A stretch of DNA of 64,000 bases from an uncultured Acidobacteriaceae bacterium (GCA_963769185.1 CAVYKP010000007.1:466449-530448), one strand, 5' to 3'. Counted from the first letter of the stretch, positions 8,630 through 18,032 are shown. The notes: a model not told the origin generated them from the sequence alone. Made by a program: numbers and translations.

Positions 8630-9064
8630 TCACTTCTCTGCGATCTCATACGCCCCAAGAAACTTCTTCATCTCCGCCGCAAAGCTAAAGCGCTTGTGAT
8701 GGTCGGCCTGACCCTCGATGTATTTCACCGTCGTATCGCGTTGGGAGATACCTATCGAGAAGCCTCCGTAGCCCTCCTGCCAGGAGAACCTCCACGATGC
8801 TGGAAACTCCTCATGTACCCACTTGGAAGACCCGGATTTTAATAACTGAACCGCTTTAGCGACGGAAATATTCCGCGGCAATGAGAGCAACAAATGCACA
8901 TGGTCGGCGGTCCCGCCTATCGCCAACGCAGGGATTCCATTTTCACGCGCAATGCCACCCAGATAGCCATGAAGCGGTTCTCGCATCTCTTCCCGAATAC
9001 TCGCACGGCGCTCCGCAGTTGCAAACACCACATGCATCAGGCAACAAACATGACTGTGAGACAT
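8630..9064 (-). CDS. REP-associated tyrosine transposase (IS200/IS605 TnpA-like, Y1 HUH)
   Basis: 144 aa. HUH motif HVHLLL and a C-terminal catalytic Tyr context VKYIEGQADHH. Embedded between REP arrays. Confidence 0.85.
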   Translation of the reverse strand: MSHSHVCCLMHVVFATAERRASIREEMREPLHGYLGGIARENGIPALAIGGTADHVHLLLSLPRNISVAKAVQLLKSGSSKWVHEEFPASWRFSWQEGYGGFSIGISQRDTTVKYIEGQADHHKRFSFAAEMKKFLGAYEIAEK

Positions 9065-9097
9065 TCTTTCGTGTCCTCTGTACGCAGTCGATTTCGC

Positions 9098-9344
9098 ATC
9101 CGATTGTACCCAGGATGATTCGACTTCGCTCAGGCCAGGCTCTTCGGGACGGTTCGGTTGGCGGGGGAAGATTGGTTTCGTTTTAGCAGATAAACCCAGG
9201 ACTTACGTCCTGGGCTATCAGCCGTCCCCTATGGGACTGTTCGGTTGGTGATCAAACCTGGTTTCGTTTTATCTAACTGCCCTACGGGACTGTTCGATCA
9301 AGTCCGGTTTCGTTTTAACGAACCTCCCCTGCGGGACCGAACCC
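9098..9344. repeat. REP-like repeats upstream of the RAYT gene (inverted relative to 8055-8629)
   Basis: Hairpin CCCAGGACTTACGTCCTGGG (9195-9214), GTCCCCTATGGGAC (9224-9237), repeated GGTTTCGTTTTA. Confidence 0.75.
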
Positions 9345-11213
9345 CTAGGGCATGACCGGTAGAACCAGGTGCGAGGGCAAGGTGGGTGTGCTGTAAATAC
9401 GTTGGGTGGCTGGAACATAATCCGTTGCCTTGGCCTGGTAAATACTCGGCACATATTTCTGCGGGTTGCGGTCGATTACCGGGAACCAGGTGGATTGAAT
9501 TTGCACCATCAGCCTATGCCCCTTCAAAAAGACATGGTCGTGATCGCGTAGCGGGATCTTCCATTCCTCGGGCTTATTAGCGATCAGCGGTTGTGGGTGC
9601 TCGAAGCTTTTCAAATAGCGGCCCCGGTTCACTTCCATCGCGATCGGGAGTTCGTAGCCGTTCAGCGAATTTGCATACGCCTCAGGCTTTATTTCTAAGG
9701 CGCTCTTCTGGTTGGTCTCGGGATAAACGTCAATCAGCTTCACGATGAAATCGGCGTCGGTTCCAGACGTAGCGGCAAAAAAGCTCGCCGCTAACGGACC
9801 GGTGATGACGAGATCCTTGTCGAGCGGTTCACTTATATAGGTCAGTACGTCGGAACGATGCTCGACGAAACGCTGGTCGGCGACCTCCCAGAATTTCCAC
9901 TCGGCAAAAGGATAAGTAGGGGAAACGGGCCGGGCTCGGTATGGAACCGGGTTCGCAGGGTCGGAGACGTATGCGCGGTACTCCGGCGTGGTAGCTGTGG
10001 GCGCGGTAAAGGACAAGGTTCCGTCGGCATGCAGATAGAGATTGGTTGGCTTGGATGGCTTCGGCGGCCACTCAGAGTAGGTGTGCCAGGTGTTGGAGCC
10101 GGATTGGAACGTGCTCACCTTCCAGGCGGGCTTGTCGCCTTCTCCGTGAAGGTAGTGGCGGAAGAAAGGCGCCTCGATATTTTGCCGGTACTCGAGCGCG
10201 GTCTTGTGGCCGCCGAATGAGACCGGGCCGATCGTGTCGCCTACCGGCGCTGACCAGCCGCCGTGAAACCAGGGACCGGCTACGAGGAAGTTCGTGTTGT
10301 CAGGGTCGTGCTGCTCAGCGTGGCGAAAGATTTGCCAGGGGCCCCAGGGGTCTTCCTGATCCCAGAAGCCGGCCACGTTCAGGTTTGGGACGGTCGAGCT
10401 GTGCAGCTGGTTGACCCAGGCTTCCTTTTGCCAGAAGCCGTCGTAGTCGGGGTGCTGCATCACGTCGTTCCAGTAAGGGATGCTGCCATGGAGGTATTTG
10501 TCGTTGATGTTCGAGAGCGGGCCGAGGTTCAGATACCAATCGTAGGTGTCATAGTTACTGAAGTCGAAGTGGGTGTTCTGGTTCTTGTCGGCCTGCTCCA
10601 TAACGGCGTATTCGAAGGTGTAGCTCTCGCGCAGGGCGCCGTAGCGGTGGTCGTCATCGTTCATCCATTGGTCGACGGGGGAGGCTTGTTCGCTGACGGC
10701 TTTGAGCGCGGGGTGCGGGTGGAGGAGCGTGAGACCGGCGGTGAGTCCGGCGTAGGAGATGCCGTAGATGCCGGCCTTGCCGTTGTTGTTGGGGATGTTC
10801 TTGATGAGCCAGTCGACGGTGTCGTAGGCGTCGTTGGTCTCGTTGGTTTGTTTCGGGTCGTTCGCGTCGTAGCGCTGGGAGAGCAGGAAAGTGCCTTCGG
10901 ACTTGAAGCGGCCGCGCAGGTTCTGTACGACGAAGATATAGCCGTCGGCGGAGAGTTCCTTCCACTGGGTGGGCAGCCAATCGGCGCCCTCCTTGGTGGC
11001 TTGCTTGTTGTAGTCCTCCTGGGTCGGGACTCCATAAGGCGTGCGCGTGATCAGCAGCGGCAGCGGGGTCGTCTGGTTCGCCCTGGTGATGACGACGGTT
11101 TGCAGACGGATGCCGTCGCGCATGGGGACCATGTATTCCTGCACGCGGTAGTTGCTCTGCGCATAGATGGGGAGCGCGCAGAGAAGGAGGGTCAGGCGGA
11201 CGAGGGCTCGCAT
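9345..11213 (-). CDS. CocE/NonD family hydrolase (S15 X-Pro dipeptidyl-peptidase-like)
   Basis: 622 aa with a signal peptide. Motifs: VPMRDGIRLQTVV ... TRTPYG, and the nucleophile context GISYAG. Confidence 0.85.
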   Translation of the reverse strand: MRALVRLTLLLCALPIYAQSNYRVQEYMVPMRDGIRLQTVVITRANQTTPLPLLITRTPYGVPTQEDYNKQATKEGADWLPTQWKELSADGYIFVVQNLRGRFKSEGTFLLSQRYDANDPKQTNETNDAYDTVDWLIKNIPNNNGKAGIYGISYAGLTAGLTLLHPHPALKAVSEQASPVDQWMNDDDHRYGALRESYTFEYAVMEQADKNQNTHFDFSNYDTYDWYLNLGPLSNINDKYLHGSIPYWNDVMQHPDYDGFWQKEAWVNQLHSSTVPNLNVAGFWDQEDPWGPWQIFRHAEQHDPDNTNFLVAGPWFHGGWSAPVGDTIGPVSFGGHKTALEYRQNIEAPFFRHYLHGEGDKPAWKVSTFQSGSNTWHTYSEWPPKPSKPTNLYLHADGTLSFTAPTATTPEYRAYVSDPANPVPYRARPVSPTYPFAEWKFWEVADQRFVEHRSDVLTYISEPLDKDLVITGPLAASFFAATSGTDADFIVKLIDVYPETNQKSALEIKPEAYANSLNGYELPIAMEVNRGRYLKSFEHPQPLIANKPEEWKIPLRDHDHVFLKGHRLMVQIQSTWFPVIDRNPQKYVPSIYQAKATDYVPATQRIYSTPTLPSHLVLPVMP

Positions 11214-11321
11214 AGGTTTCTATGTTTATACAGCCCCGAAGGCAAGCCTGAAGATTTGCAGCAAGCTAAAACGAAACCAGCCTCCATCCCAAAGGGACAC
11301 CTAAAAGACTCTAATCAATTT

Positions 11322-11606
11322 CTACCGGGATTGATCGCTTGATTCAGGTAGCTCTACCGATTCACTCACGACCAGCTCTGTCACAAGCAGCTTGCCAACC
11401 ACAAGATTGCGAATTTCGAGAGAATCAATCTCGGTCTTTTCGACGGACGCCCGCTTGACAAGCAGCCGTGACACGGCCAGCGCGCCAATCGCGACGCAAC
11501 CAACGGCAGCAGCACCCATTGCGACGGAACCAAGGGCGGCAGCGCCAACTGCAGCCGCCCTCGTCGCCATGGTGCGGCGGTTCTTCGACTTGAAGATGGC
11601 GCCCAT
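11322..11606 (-). CDS. Small Gly/Ala-rich membrane protein, function unknown
   Basis: The internal ATG at 11606 is preceded by a strong SD (GGGGGGAG). 94 aa with a TM-like AAAVGAAALGSVAMGAAAVGCVAIGALAV stretch and a charged amphipathic tail. Co-directional with abiE. Confidence 0.5.
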   Translation of the reverse strand: MGAIFKSKNRRTMATRAAAVGAAALGSVAMGAAAVGCVAIGALAVSRLLVKRASVEKTEIDSLEIRNLVVGKLLVTELVVSESVELPESSDQSR

Positions 11607-11711
11607 TGGCTCCCCCCTTGTCGATCGGATGAGTAAGCCCAACATCAGCCATGATACGCCTGGTGCGATTGCTTCCGGCCACAATCCGTGCCGTTGCTGT
11701 TCTCGTAAGAT

Positions 11712-12530
11712 TTACCTCTTCGCCACCATATCGACAAAAGCGCGGAATCGAGTCTCGATCTCCAAAGCTGAGGCAGCCGGGTAGCCAAGCTCCTTCGCCA
11801 GTGCCTCAAGCTCGGGTTGCCATTCGGCCGGTATGCGGATGACTGGAGGAAAGTCATGTGTAGCACGCTGCATGAATACCTGTTCTGCTGCCGCGCGCAC
11901 CGCAGCAATGTCCAATTTGCCCAACAGATCAATCAGCAAGATGTCCAGTACATCGCGGGCACGGCCTTGCGAGTATGGTCCTGTGCAGGCGTGCAGCTTT
12001 TGGGCAGTCTGTTCGCTCAGATTCAGACAACGAACCGGAGATGGTACTCGCAATCCCATGGCGACAAGTCCTCGAATCGCCGGCTCTACGAGATCTGCCA
12101 ACCCTACTCCTGCTGGGCCGAGATCAACTTCGATTGTTTGCCACGCGCGGGTTTGATACCGGATACCCAGTTCCAGCCGCACCGCATCCACTTTGTCCAT
12201 GGTCAACGGCTTGCCCTTCAACTGAAAGGTGAACTCATCAAATCCCAGAGTCACTGCCTTCTGAAAAAACGTGAGCCGTTCCGGGCGCTCACCCGAGATG
12301 CCGATGTCGATATCCTTGGTTGCGCGAGCACCCTCAGCAAAGCGAAGCTCCATCGCAACACCACCCTTCAGGTAGTAGTTATCGAGGATGCGCTCGCTCA
12401 CTGCGTGTTCCAACACCCCGCATAGTGCCAGAAATGAGACCCACCTGCGAAGGCGCTCTTGGGCCAAGCCTTGTTCTCTAGCGACTCGCGCCAACATCTT
12501 TTCCAGACGCTCAGTTGGGCGTCGATTCAT
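11712..12530 (-). CDS. abiEii: AbiEii/AbiGii family nucleotidyltransferase toxin (type IV TA)
   Basis: 272 aa. DUF1814-type NTase motifs YLKGGVAMELRF ... ATKDIDI. Sits immediately downstream of an AbiEi-like gene. Confidence 0.85.
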   Translation of the reverse strand: MNRRPTERLEKMLARVAREQGLAQERLRRWVSFLALCGVLEHAVSERILDNYYLKGGVAMELRFAEGARATKDIDIGISGERPERLTFFQKAVTLGFDEFTFQLKGKPLTMDKVDAVRLELGIRYQTRAWQTIEVDLGPAGVGLADLVEPAIRGLVAMGLRVPSPVRCLNLSEQTAQKLHACTGPYSQGRARDVLDILLIDLLGKLDIAAVRAAAEQVFMQRATHDFPPVIRIPAEWQPELEALAKELGYPAASALEIETRFRAFVDMVAKR

Positions 12531-12545
12531 CTGTGTACCTTCGCC

Positions 12546-13148
12546 CTATTTGCCATCTTTGATAAGGGGAACGCTACGGGCAGAGCGATTCACGAGTTTC
12601 CGAAGGCCCCCGGCTTGAGTGCTGCTAAGGAGGCCTTCGCGGAGGGCATCCGTGATGGCCTGCCGGATGATGTCAGTCCGGTGCGTTGTTGATAGAACGT
12701 CCATTATCGAACGTTCCACTGTGGTGACAGGCATTCCCTCATGCTGGCTGACTTCCTGTGCCGCAAGATCAGCCCGATGAATCGTGACCCATTCGGGATG
12801 CTCTCTCCGAAGTCGTGCAGCCCTCGGAACGGTGAGATGTACGCGTGAAGGATTCACGTCTGAGATGCCGTAGAGGAGTAGCGCCGTCGCATGGGACAGA
12901 GCAATGCGCTCAGGTCCATGATGACTTGCTTGTGCCCACAGAACCGCCTCGCGGTATTGGGAAAACCGGTCTGCCGGATAGTGAGCAATCCGATAGACGC
13001 CTCTGGTCATCCGCTCTAACCGGCCACGCTGCGCCAACCGAACGAGCACGGAATCTTGAATTCCGAGAGCGCGTGCTTCTTTGGACGTGAGTAACCCGTC
13101 ATGTTCCTCAGCAAGTGCGTATAGTTCGTCCATGCGAGTTCGCGGCAT
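12546..13148 (-). CDS. abiEi: AbiEi family antitoxin / transcriptional regulator
   Basis: 200 aa. N-terminal wHTH (GLLTSKEARALGIQDSVLVRLAQRGRLERMTRGVYR) typical of AbiEi. 15-nt gap to abiEii. Confidence 0.85.
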   Translation of the reverse strand: MPRTRMDELYALAEEHDGLLTSKEARALGIQDSVLVRLAQRGRLERMTRGVYRIAHYPADRFSQYREAVLWAQASHHGPERIALSHATALLLYGISDVNPSRVHLTVPRAARLRREHPEWVTIHRADLAAQEVSQHEGMPVTTVERSIMDVLSTTHRTDIIRQAITDALREGLLSSTQAGGLRKLVNRSARSVPLIKDGK

Positions 13149-13178
13149 GAGTCGAGTATGCGATGGTTATTCATGAAA

Positions 13179-13213
13179 TGTCAATATAGTTCCATTTTTG
13201 AATGATATTGACA
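13179..13213. promoter_or_regulatory. Candidate AbiEi operator (9-bp perfect inverted repeat with 17-nt spacer) in an AT-rich promoter region
   Basis: TGTCAATAT (13179-13187) and ATATTGACA (13205-13213), 31-65 nt upstream of the abiEi start. Confidence 0.35.
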
Positions 13214-13230
13214 CCACTATCAAAATCCTA

Positions 13231-13295
13231 CCCCGCGGGGCTGTTCGGTTGCCGATGAAGGCAGTTTGAAGAATGCCTCGATGCGGGAGCGCAGC
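13231..13295. repeat. REP fragment fused to a 35-nt relic of an arsC 3' end
   Basis: CCCCGCGGGGCTGTTCGGTTGCCGATGAAGG matches 41633-41663. GCAGTTTGAAGAATGCCTCGATGCGGGAGCGCAGC matches 41839-41873. Confidence 0.7.
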
Positions 13296-15476
13296 TTACA
13301 CTTCCAGTGCAATCACTTCGTAGATGCCGACGGATGGCACAGTCATCTCAACAACGCGGCCTGTCTGTTGGAATGGAATACTAGTTTCCGCCCGCAGAAG
13401 CGACGCAGCCTTGGCCTTTACGTCAGGCGGCAGTTGAATGCGAACTACCTGTTCACCGAGCTTGATGGGTTTGCGCATTCGGCCGCGAAATGCATTCGGA
13501 GCGTGGTAGTTCAAAAGGTGGATGGCAAAGCCCGATTCTGTCTCCCAGCCGATCACTTCCATCAAGCCTTCGCCGTCAACCTGGACGGAATTGCTGTCGC
13601 GAATCAACCAGCGCATGGCATTTATAAGTTGACGTTCGAGGTCGGCGTTGTCGAGCCTCCAATAGGAAGCGTCCATATCGCCGGCCATATAGACGAGCCG
13701 CGACTTGCCTGTCTCACGCATCACGACCGATGGAGCATCTGTAGGAACATCGCGAGGATAGACCGCCTCCGGAGGATAGACCGGATAAGGATCGATGAAG
13801 GTTGTCGTTGGATCGGCGATGGGCGCGAGAGGAATACTCCAGACCGGGCCGGCTATCCAGTCGGTGTCTTCAAAGCCTTCGGTGAGCATGTTGCGAAGCT
13901 TGATCGATTGCAGATGCACTGAGGTCATAGGATCGGTGGCTTTGGCTTCGGAACGCCTGCGATCGCCGGCGCGGGTTATCCCGAAGAGTTTGCCGAGCAC
14001 AAAATCTTCTCTGGGTCTGCCGGTCTCGTCGTAGAGGCCGGTCTCGAACGTCGCCAGCAGCGATCCGCCTCGTTCGACGTAGTCTTCGATCTGCGCTGCC
14101 TGACGATCGCTGAGCAATGCGACGTTAGGAAGAATCAATACAGAGTACTGCGCAAGCCGTTCTTCGCCGAGGTCTTCCTCATGAACAAAATCGAACGGAA
14201 TGCGCGCCGCATTCAGAAGCGAATACATTCCTTCGATAGGATCTGTCTTTTCCTGCGCCGCCGGTGCGTTGTAAAGAGTGAGGGATCTCGATGAAGCAAC
14301 GATCGCGACCGTCGAGAGCGACCGTTTGTTATGGAAGTGTTTGTCGTGCCGGGCATGCCAGCTCAGGAATTCGCGTCCGGGGGTCTGCCAGCGGCGATCC
14401 TGCTGAAATCCCTGCTCGAGGCCGAGCCAGTGATACCAGACGATACCGCCGGCGGCAGCGGTTTGCGCCATGCGGCACTCAGGCTCGGCAGAGGTGTCGG
14501 CCACTTGCCGCCAGCTGATGCTTCCACTGCGCGTGTAGCTTGCGGTCACGGCAGCTACGGCGCGGTCGCCCATCAGCGCGCGCGCGAACTTAACCTGCTG
14601 CGCATCCTGCCACACAGGTGCGGAGACTGCGGAGCGAGACTGATTATCCGCGGTGTACCAGAGGGCATCGCGAGTCAGCTGCCATTGGTTAAGCCCCGAT
14701 TCTCTTATTCCTCCGCCAAGATTGCAGCTATAGAAATTGTTCGGGCTCTTTTCGAGCACAACGCTTTTATACAGATTCACCAGTTCAACGGCGCTCGCCA
14801 GAAGAGCTTCACGATAGCGGGCGGAGTGGGGATCGCCGATCTTTCTGCAATTGTCGCAGTAACACACCTGCACATTGGGCCAGCCGTTCATATAGACGCC
14901 ATCGATGTCATAACGATGATTCAGTTCTCGAATGATGGCCGGCTGCTGCTCCGAGAAGTGGCCACTGAATTGACAAGTGAACGCAATGTCCGGGGCAGAC
15001 GATTGCAGACTGCCATCCTGGTTGCGGCGAAACCAAAGCGGATGGGCTGCAAGCAGCTTCGGATCTGTCCACTGTATGTCTGGGCTCATGCGCGCGTAGA
15101 CGCGGATGCCACGGGCCTTTGCAGCTTTGACGCATTCACCGAAGAGATCGCGGCCATTGAGAAACCCACTGCGATGAAAGAACGGAACCTCGGTTGGGTA
15201 AAACGCTACCGGGCCAGAGACGGAAAGGGCGACGGCGTCGACCTTTGCCGAGGCCCAGTAGTTGGCCCACTTTTCTACATCGCCGTACTGCGGATCTCGT
15301 TCATTGAAGTTGGTCTGGCCAACGCGTTTGATCCTGCGGTACCAGGGTAGTTCCGTTTCTTGCCCGGCTGTTTGCGACGCGTCGGGTGCGAGAGCAGAGA
15401 GCGGCGATGACGTCGAAAGTGCCATGGCCACAGTGGCTGCGCCAAGCAATGAGAATTCGCGGCGATTCGCTTTCAT
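13296..15476 (-). CDS. Tat-signal GH-like protein (TIM-barrel-like N-terminal part plus GH42M-like trimerisation/GATase-like domain)
   Basis: ORF to 15506. The ATG at 15476 has a GGGAG SD and gives MKANRREFSLLGAA (twin-Arg). YDIDGVYMNGW and CYCDNCRK motifs. VLILPNVALLSDRQAAQIEDYVERGGSLLATFETG resembles the beta-galactosidase trimerisation domain. Confidence 0.65.
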   Translation of the reverse strand: MKANRREFSLLGAATVAMALSTSSPLSALAPDASQTAGQETELPWYRRIKRVGQTNFNERDPQYGDVEKWANYWASAKVDAVALSVSGPVAFYPTEVPFFHRSGFLNGRDLFGECVKAAKARGIRVYARMSPDIQWTDPKLLAAHPLWFRRNQDGSLQSSAPDIAFTCQFSGHFSEQQPAIIRELNHRYDIDGVYMNGWPNVQVCYCDNCRKIGDPHSARYREALLASAVELVNLYKSVVLEKSPNNFYSCNLGGGIRESGLNQWQLTRDALWYTADNQSRSAVSAPVWQDAQQVKFARALMGDRAVAAVTASYTRSGSISWRQVADTSAEPECRMAQTAAAGGIVWYHWLGLEQGFQQDRRWQTPGREFLSWHARHDKHFHNKRSLSTVAIVASSRSLTLYNAPAAQEKTDPIEGMYSLLNAARIPFDFVHEEDLGEERLAQYSVLILPNVALLSDRQAAQIEDYVERGGSLLATFETGLYDETGRPREDFVLGKLFGITRAGDRRRSEAKATDPMTSVHLQSIKLRNMLTEGFEDTDWIAGPVWSIPLAPIADPTTTFIDPYPVYPPEAVYPRDVPTDAPSVVMRETGKSRLVYMAGDMDASYWRLDNADLERQLINAMRWLIRDSNSVQVDGEGLMEVIGWETESGFAIHLLNYHAPNAFRGRMRKPIKLGEQVVRIQLPPDVKAKAASLLRAETSIPFQQTGRVVEMTVPSVGIYEVIALEV

Positions 15477-15492
15477 TGAATTGCTCCCGGCT

Positions 15493-16974
15493 TTAGCTAA
15501 GCCCAATCTCTTTCATCGCTGCACCGGCCGCGCGCAGGTTCTCAAGCTTCATCTCGGAGTATTTACGCGACAGGATCACGCCCTCCGCTCCTCCACGGAA
15601 GGCCGCGAGCACGGCAGCTTTGGTTCCGGCCGGTGTGCACTTGGCACTTCCGTTCGCGGTTGGAATATCGATATCGATGCCGGGCCATAGCTTTGTACTT
15701 GAGCTCGCCAGCGCCTCTCGAGCCCGTTTCGTCTCGCGATAGACGTAGTCTGCCGAAAAGCCGGCCACGGCAAGATCTTTCAGGTCTGGCTCCTTGCCGT
15801 AGTCCAGCACGCGATAGTGAAATTCCAGAAGCTCCTGCTTTGGCACATCGGAGAGATACGAGGTCCCGACACTGTCGATGTAATCGGCCATGCGTTCGCC
15901 GGCGCAGTTCTGATACATCACAATCTTAAGAAAGTCGGAGTAGGGAGCCATTTCCGCCAGATCCTGCTCAGCCCGATAGATGGGGTTGAATGAGTTGTTG
16001 TGCCAGATGTGCCAACCGACGCCGAGCTTTGGATTAACGGCCTTCACCCTGTTGTAGATCGCTTTCTGCGCCTCGCGCAGACTCGACGTCCACAGGCTTT
16101 CCCATGCGAGCATCTCGGGGTACCGCAACATCAGGCGCCAGAACTCGACATAGCTGCCATCGACAGGGCGAACGCCTTTGCGGCTTGCCACCACGAATTT
16201 TTCCAATTCAAGAAAGCCTTGCCGCGCACGCTCCGGGTTCACGCCCTGGCGGCGCGCCTTCGCGTAGCAGAACTCGCAGAAGCATGTCGCGGTCGATGGT
16301 TGCGGATGACCGTGGCTTGCACCCAGAACATTCGACAGCGCTCCCTGCCGCTCAGAGCCCCACATGATGCCGTCGATGTCGTACGAACGCGACCAGTCTT
16401 CGGCGACGGCCTGAAGCCAGCTCAGATAGTCGGGATTGTTGAAACAGAGAGTGGCGGCTTTCTTTCCCGAAAGTTCGACCTCCTGCAGCTTCTCGATGTT
16501 GGGCAGGCCGCGGCGGAAGACATCTTCATACCAGCAGATTGTCTTCATGCCGCGCTTCTTCGCCTCGGGAATCACCTGCTCAAGCACATCGAAGCTTCCG
16601 AGGTCGGGCGCGCGAAAGTCTTTGAAGGCCGTGTTGGTGTAGTACTTCGGATTGACCTTTGTATACGAGCCTCCGAAGAAGGAGTCGGTGTCATACTTCT
16701 GGCTGCCGTGATCGGGCAGCGGCTGCCCCGGCACCTGGCGTCCAGCGATGCCGCGGCCATATGTGAAGGTGGCGACGAAAAGCGTGTTGATAGAGGCGCT
16801 CTTCTGGAATTCGTCGAGAACCTTGGAAACGCCTTCGTCGGCGAAAGAGACAGCTCCAACCTGGATACCGATCATCCTTTCAGGCTTTGCTGGTTCCTCG
16901 GCCATCGTGGTATTTGGCAGCGACGCTGCAACGACTGCTCCCGCAACATTATGCAGAAATAACCTACGATCCAT
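15493..16974 (-). CDS. Tat-signal GH-like TIM-barrel protein (distant paralog of 13296..15476)
   Basis: The ATG at 16974 has a GGAGG SD and gives MDRRLFLHNVAG. Shares YDIDGIMWGSE and CFCEFCYAK motifs with its neighbour. Confidence 0.6.
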   Translation of the reverse strand: MDRRLFLHNVAGAVVAASLPNTTMAEEPAKPERMIGIQVGAVSFADEGVSKVLDEFQKSASINTLFVATFTYGRGIAGRQVPGQPLPDHGSQKYDTDSFFGGSYTKVNPKYYTNTAFKDFRAPDLGSFDVLEQVIPEAKKRGMKTICWYEDVFRRGLPNIEKLQEVELSGKKAATLCFNNPDYLSWLQAVAEDWSRSYDIDGIMWGSERQGALSNVLGASHGHPQPSTATCFCEFCYAKARRQGVNPERARQGFLELEKFVVASRKGVRPVDGSYVEFWRLMLRYPEMLAWESLWTSSLREAQKAIYNRVKAVNPKLGVGWHIWHNNSFNPIYRAEQDLAEMAPYSDFLKIVMYQNCAGERMADYIDSVGTSYLSDVPKQELLEFHYRVLDYGKEPDLKDLAVAGFSADYVYRETKRAREALASSSTKLWPGIDIDIPTANGSAKCTPAGTKAAVLAAFRGGAEGVILSRKYSEMKLENLRAAGAAMKEIGLS

Positions 16975-17276
16975 CCTCGTCCTCCGATGCAACAGCCAAA
17001 GCGATTGAACCAAGATCATCCGACGACAAGCTTACCCGTAAATCGATGAATTCGATAAACCGGCTTCTCGAAAAGTGGAAAGCCGCCGGGTTCGAGCGAG
17101 ACCCGAAGGCGGCCGGGTGTAGATGCCGGCGAATCGTCCAAGTGGATTGCTGCCGGGTTGTCGCCCTCTCAAACCCTCAATGAGCGCGTCGCTGTCGTTA
17201 GATTGGCGATGGGCGTGAAAAACCCCAAATTGCCGGTTTGCATCTCACGGTTTGTTCCGTAAGGTGAAGTCGCATC

Positions 17277-18032
17277 ATGAGTGCCGCCACGACCAGCCTG
17301 ATAGTGTTCGCCAGTGTTTTCGGTGGTGCGCTGTTTGGCATGTTCCTTCATTCGCATCTGCCCGAGCATCATCTGGGTGAAGATTCAAAACGCGTCGTGA
17401 CTTTGGGGGCGGGAACAATCGGAACAATGGCGGCGCTTGTTCTGGGTCTGCTGGTTGCTTCGGCGAAGGGCACCTACGATACACAGAGCAACGAGGTACT
17501 TGACGTTTCTGCAAAGATCGCTTTGCTCGATCGCGTGCTTGCCCAGTACGGTCCCGAGGCACAATCGACGCGAGAACAATTCCGCGATGTCGTCAGCCGC
17601 TCCGCGGATCGCCTGTGGCCTGAAGATGGGTCGGGAGAGGGACATCTGGATGCCGCGTCGAACGCGGCGGAGAACCTCTTCGGGATGATTCAAGATCTTA
17701 CACCGGCGACGGATGCTCAACGGACTTTGAAAAGCCAGGCGTTGTCGATTGCCATGAATCTTTCACAAACGCGCTGGTTGTTGTACGAGCAGCAAGAAAG
17801 TGCGGTGTCGAAGCCCCTGGTCGTAATGGTTGTTTTCTGGCTGACGATCAATTTCATCAGCTTCGGCTTATACGCCCCACGCAACGCGACAGTGATTACC
17901 ACCTTATTTCTATGCGCAGTCGCCGTCTCTGGCGCAATCTTCCTGGTCCTGGAGATGTACAGGCCTTTTCAGGGAGTGATACACATCTCCAGTGGTCCGC
18001 TGCGCAATGTGCTGGACCACATGGCTAAGTAG
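17277..18032 (+). CDS. DUF4239 (bestrophin-like) membrane protein
   Basis: 251 aa. N-terminal TM then LPEHHLGEDSKRVVTLGAGTIGTMAALVLGLLVASAKGTYDTQ, typical of DUF4239. Two C-terminal TM helices. Confidence 0.75.
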   Translation: MSAATTSLIVFASVFGGALFGMFLHSHLPEHHLGEDSKRVVTLGAGTIGTMAALVLGLLVASAKGTYDTQSNEVLDVSAKIALLDRVLAQYGPEAQSTREQFRDVVSRSADRLWPEDGSGEGHLDAASNAAENLFGMIQDLTPATDAQRTLKSQALSIAMNLSQTRWLLYEQQESAVSKPLVVMVVFWLTINFISFGLYAPRNATVITTLFLCAVAVSGAIFLVLEMYRPFQGVIHISSGPLRNVLDHMAK

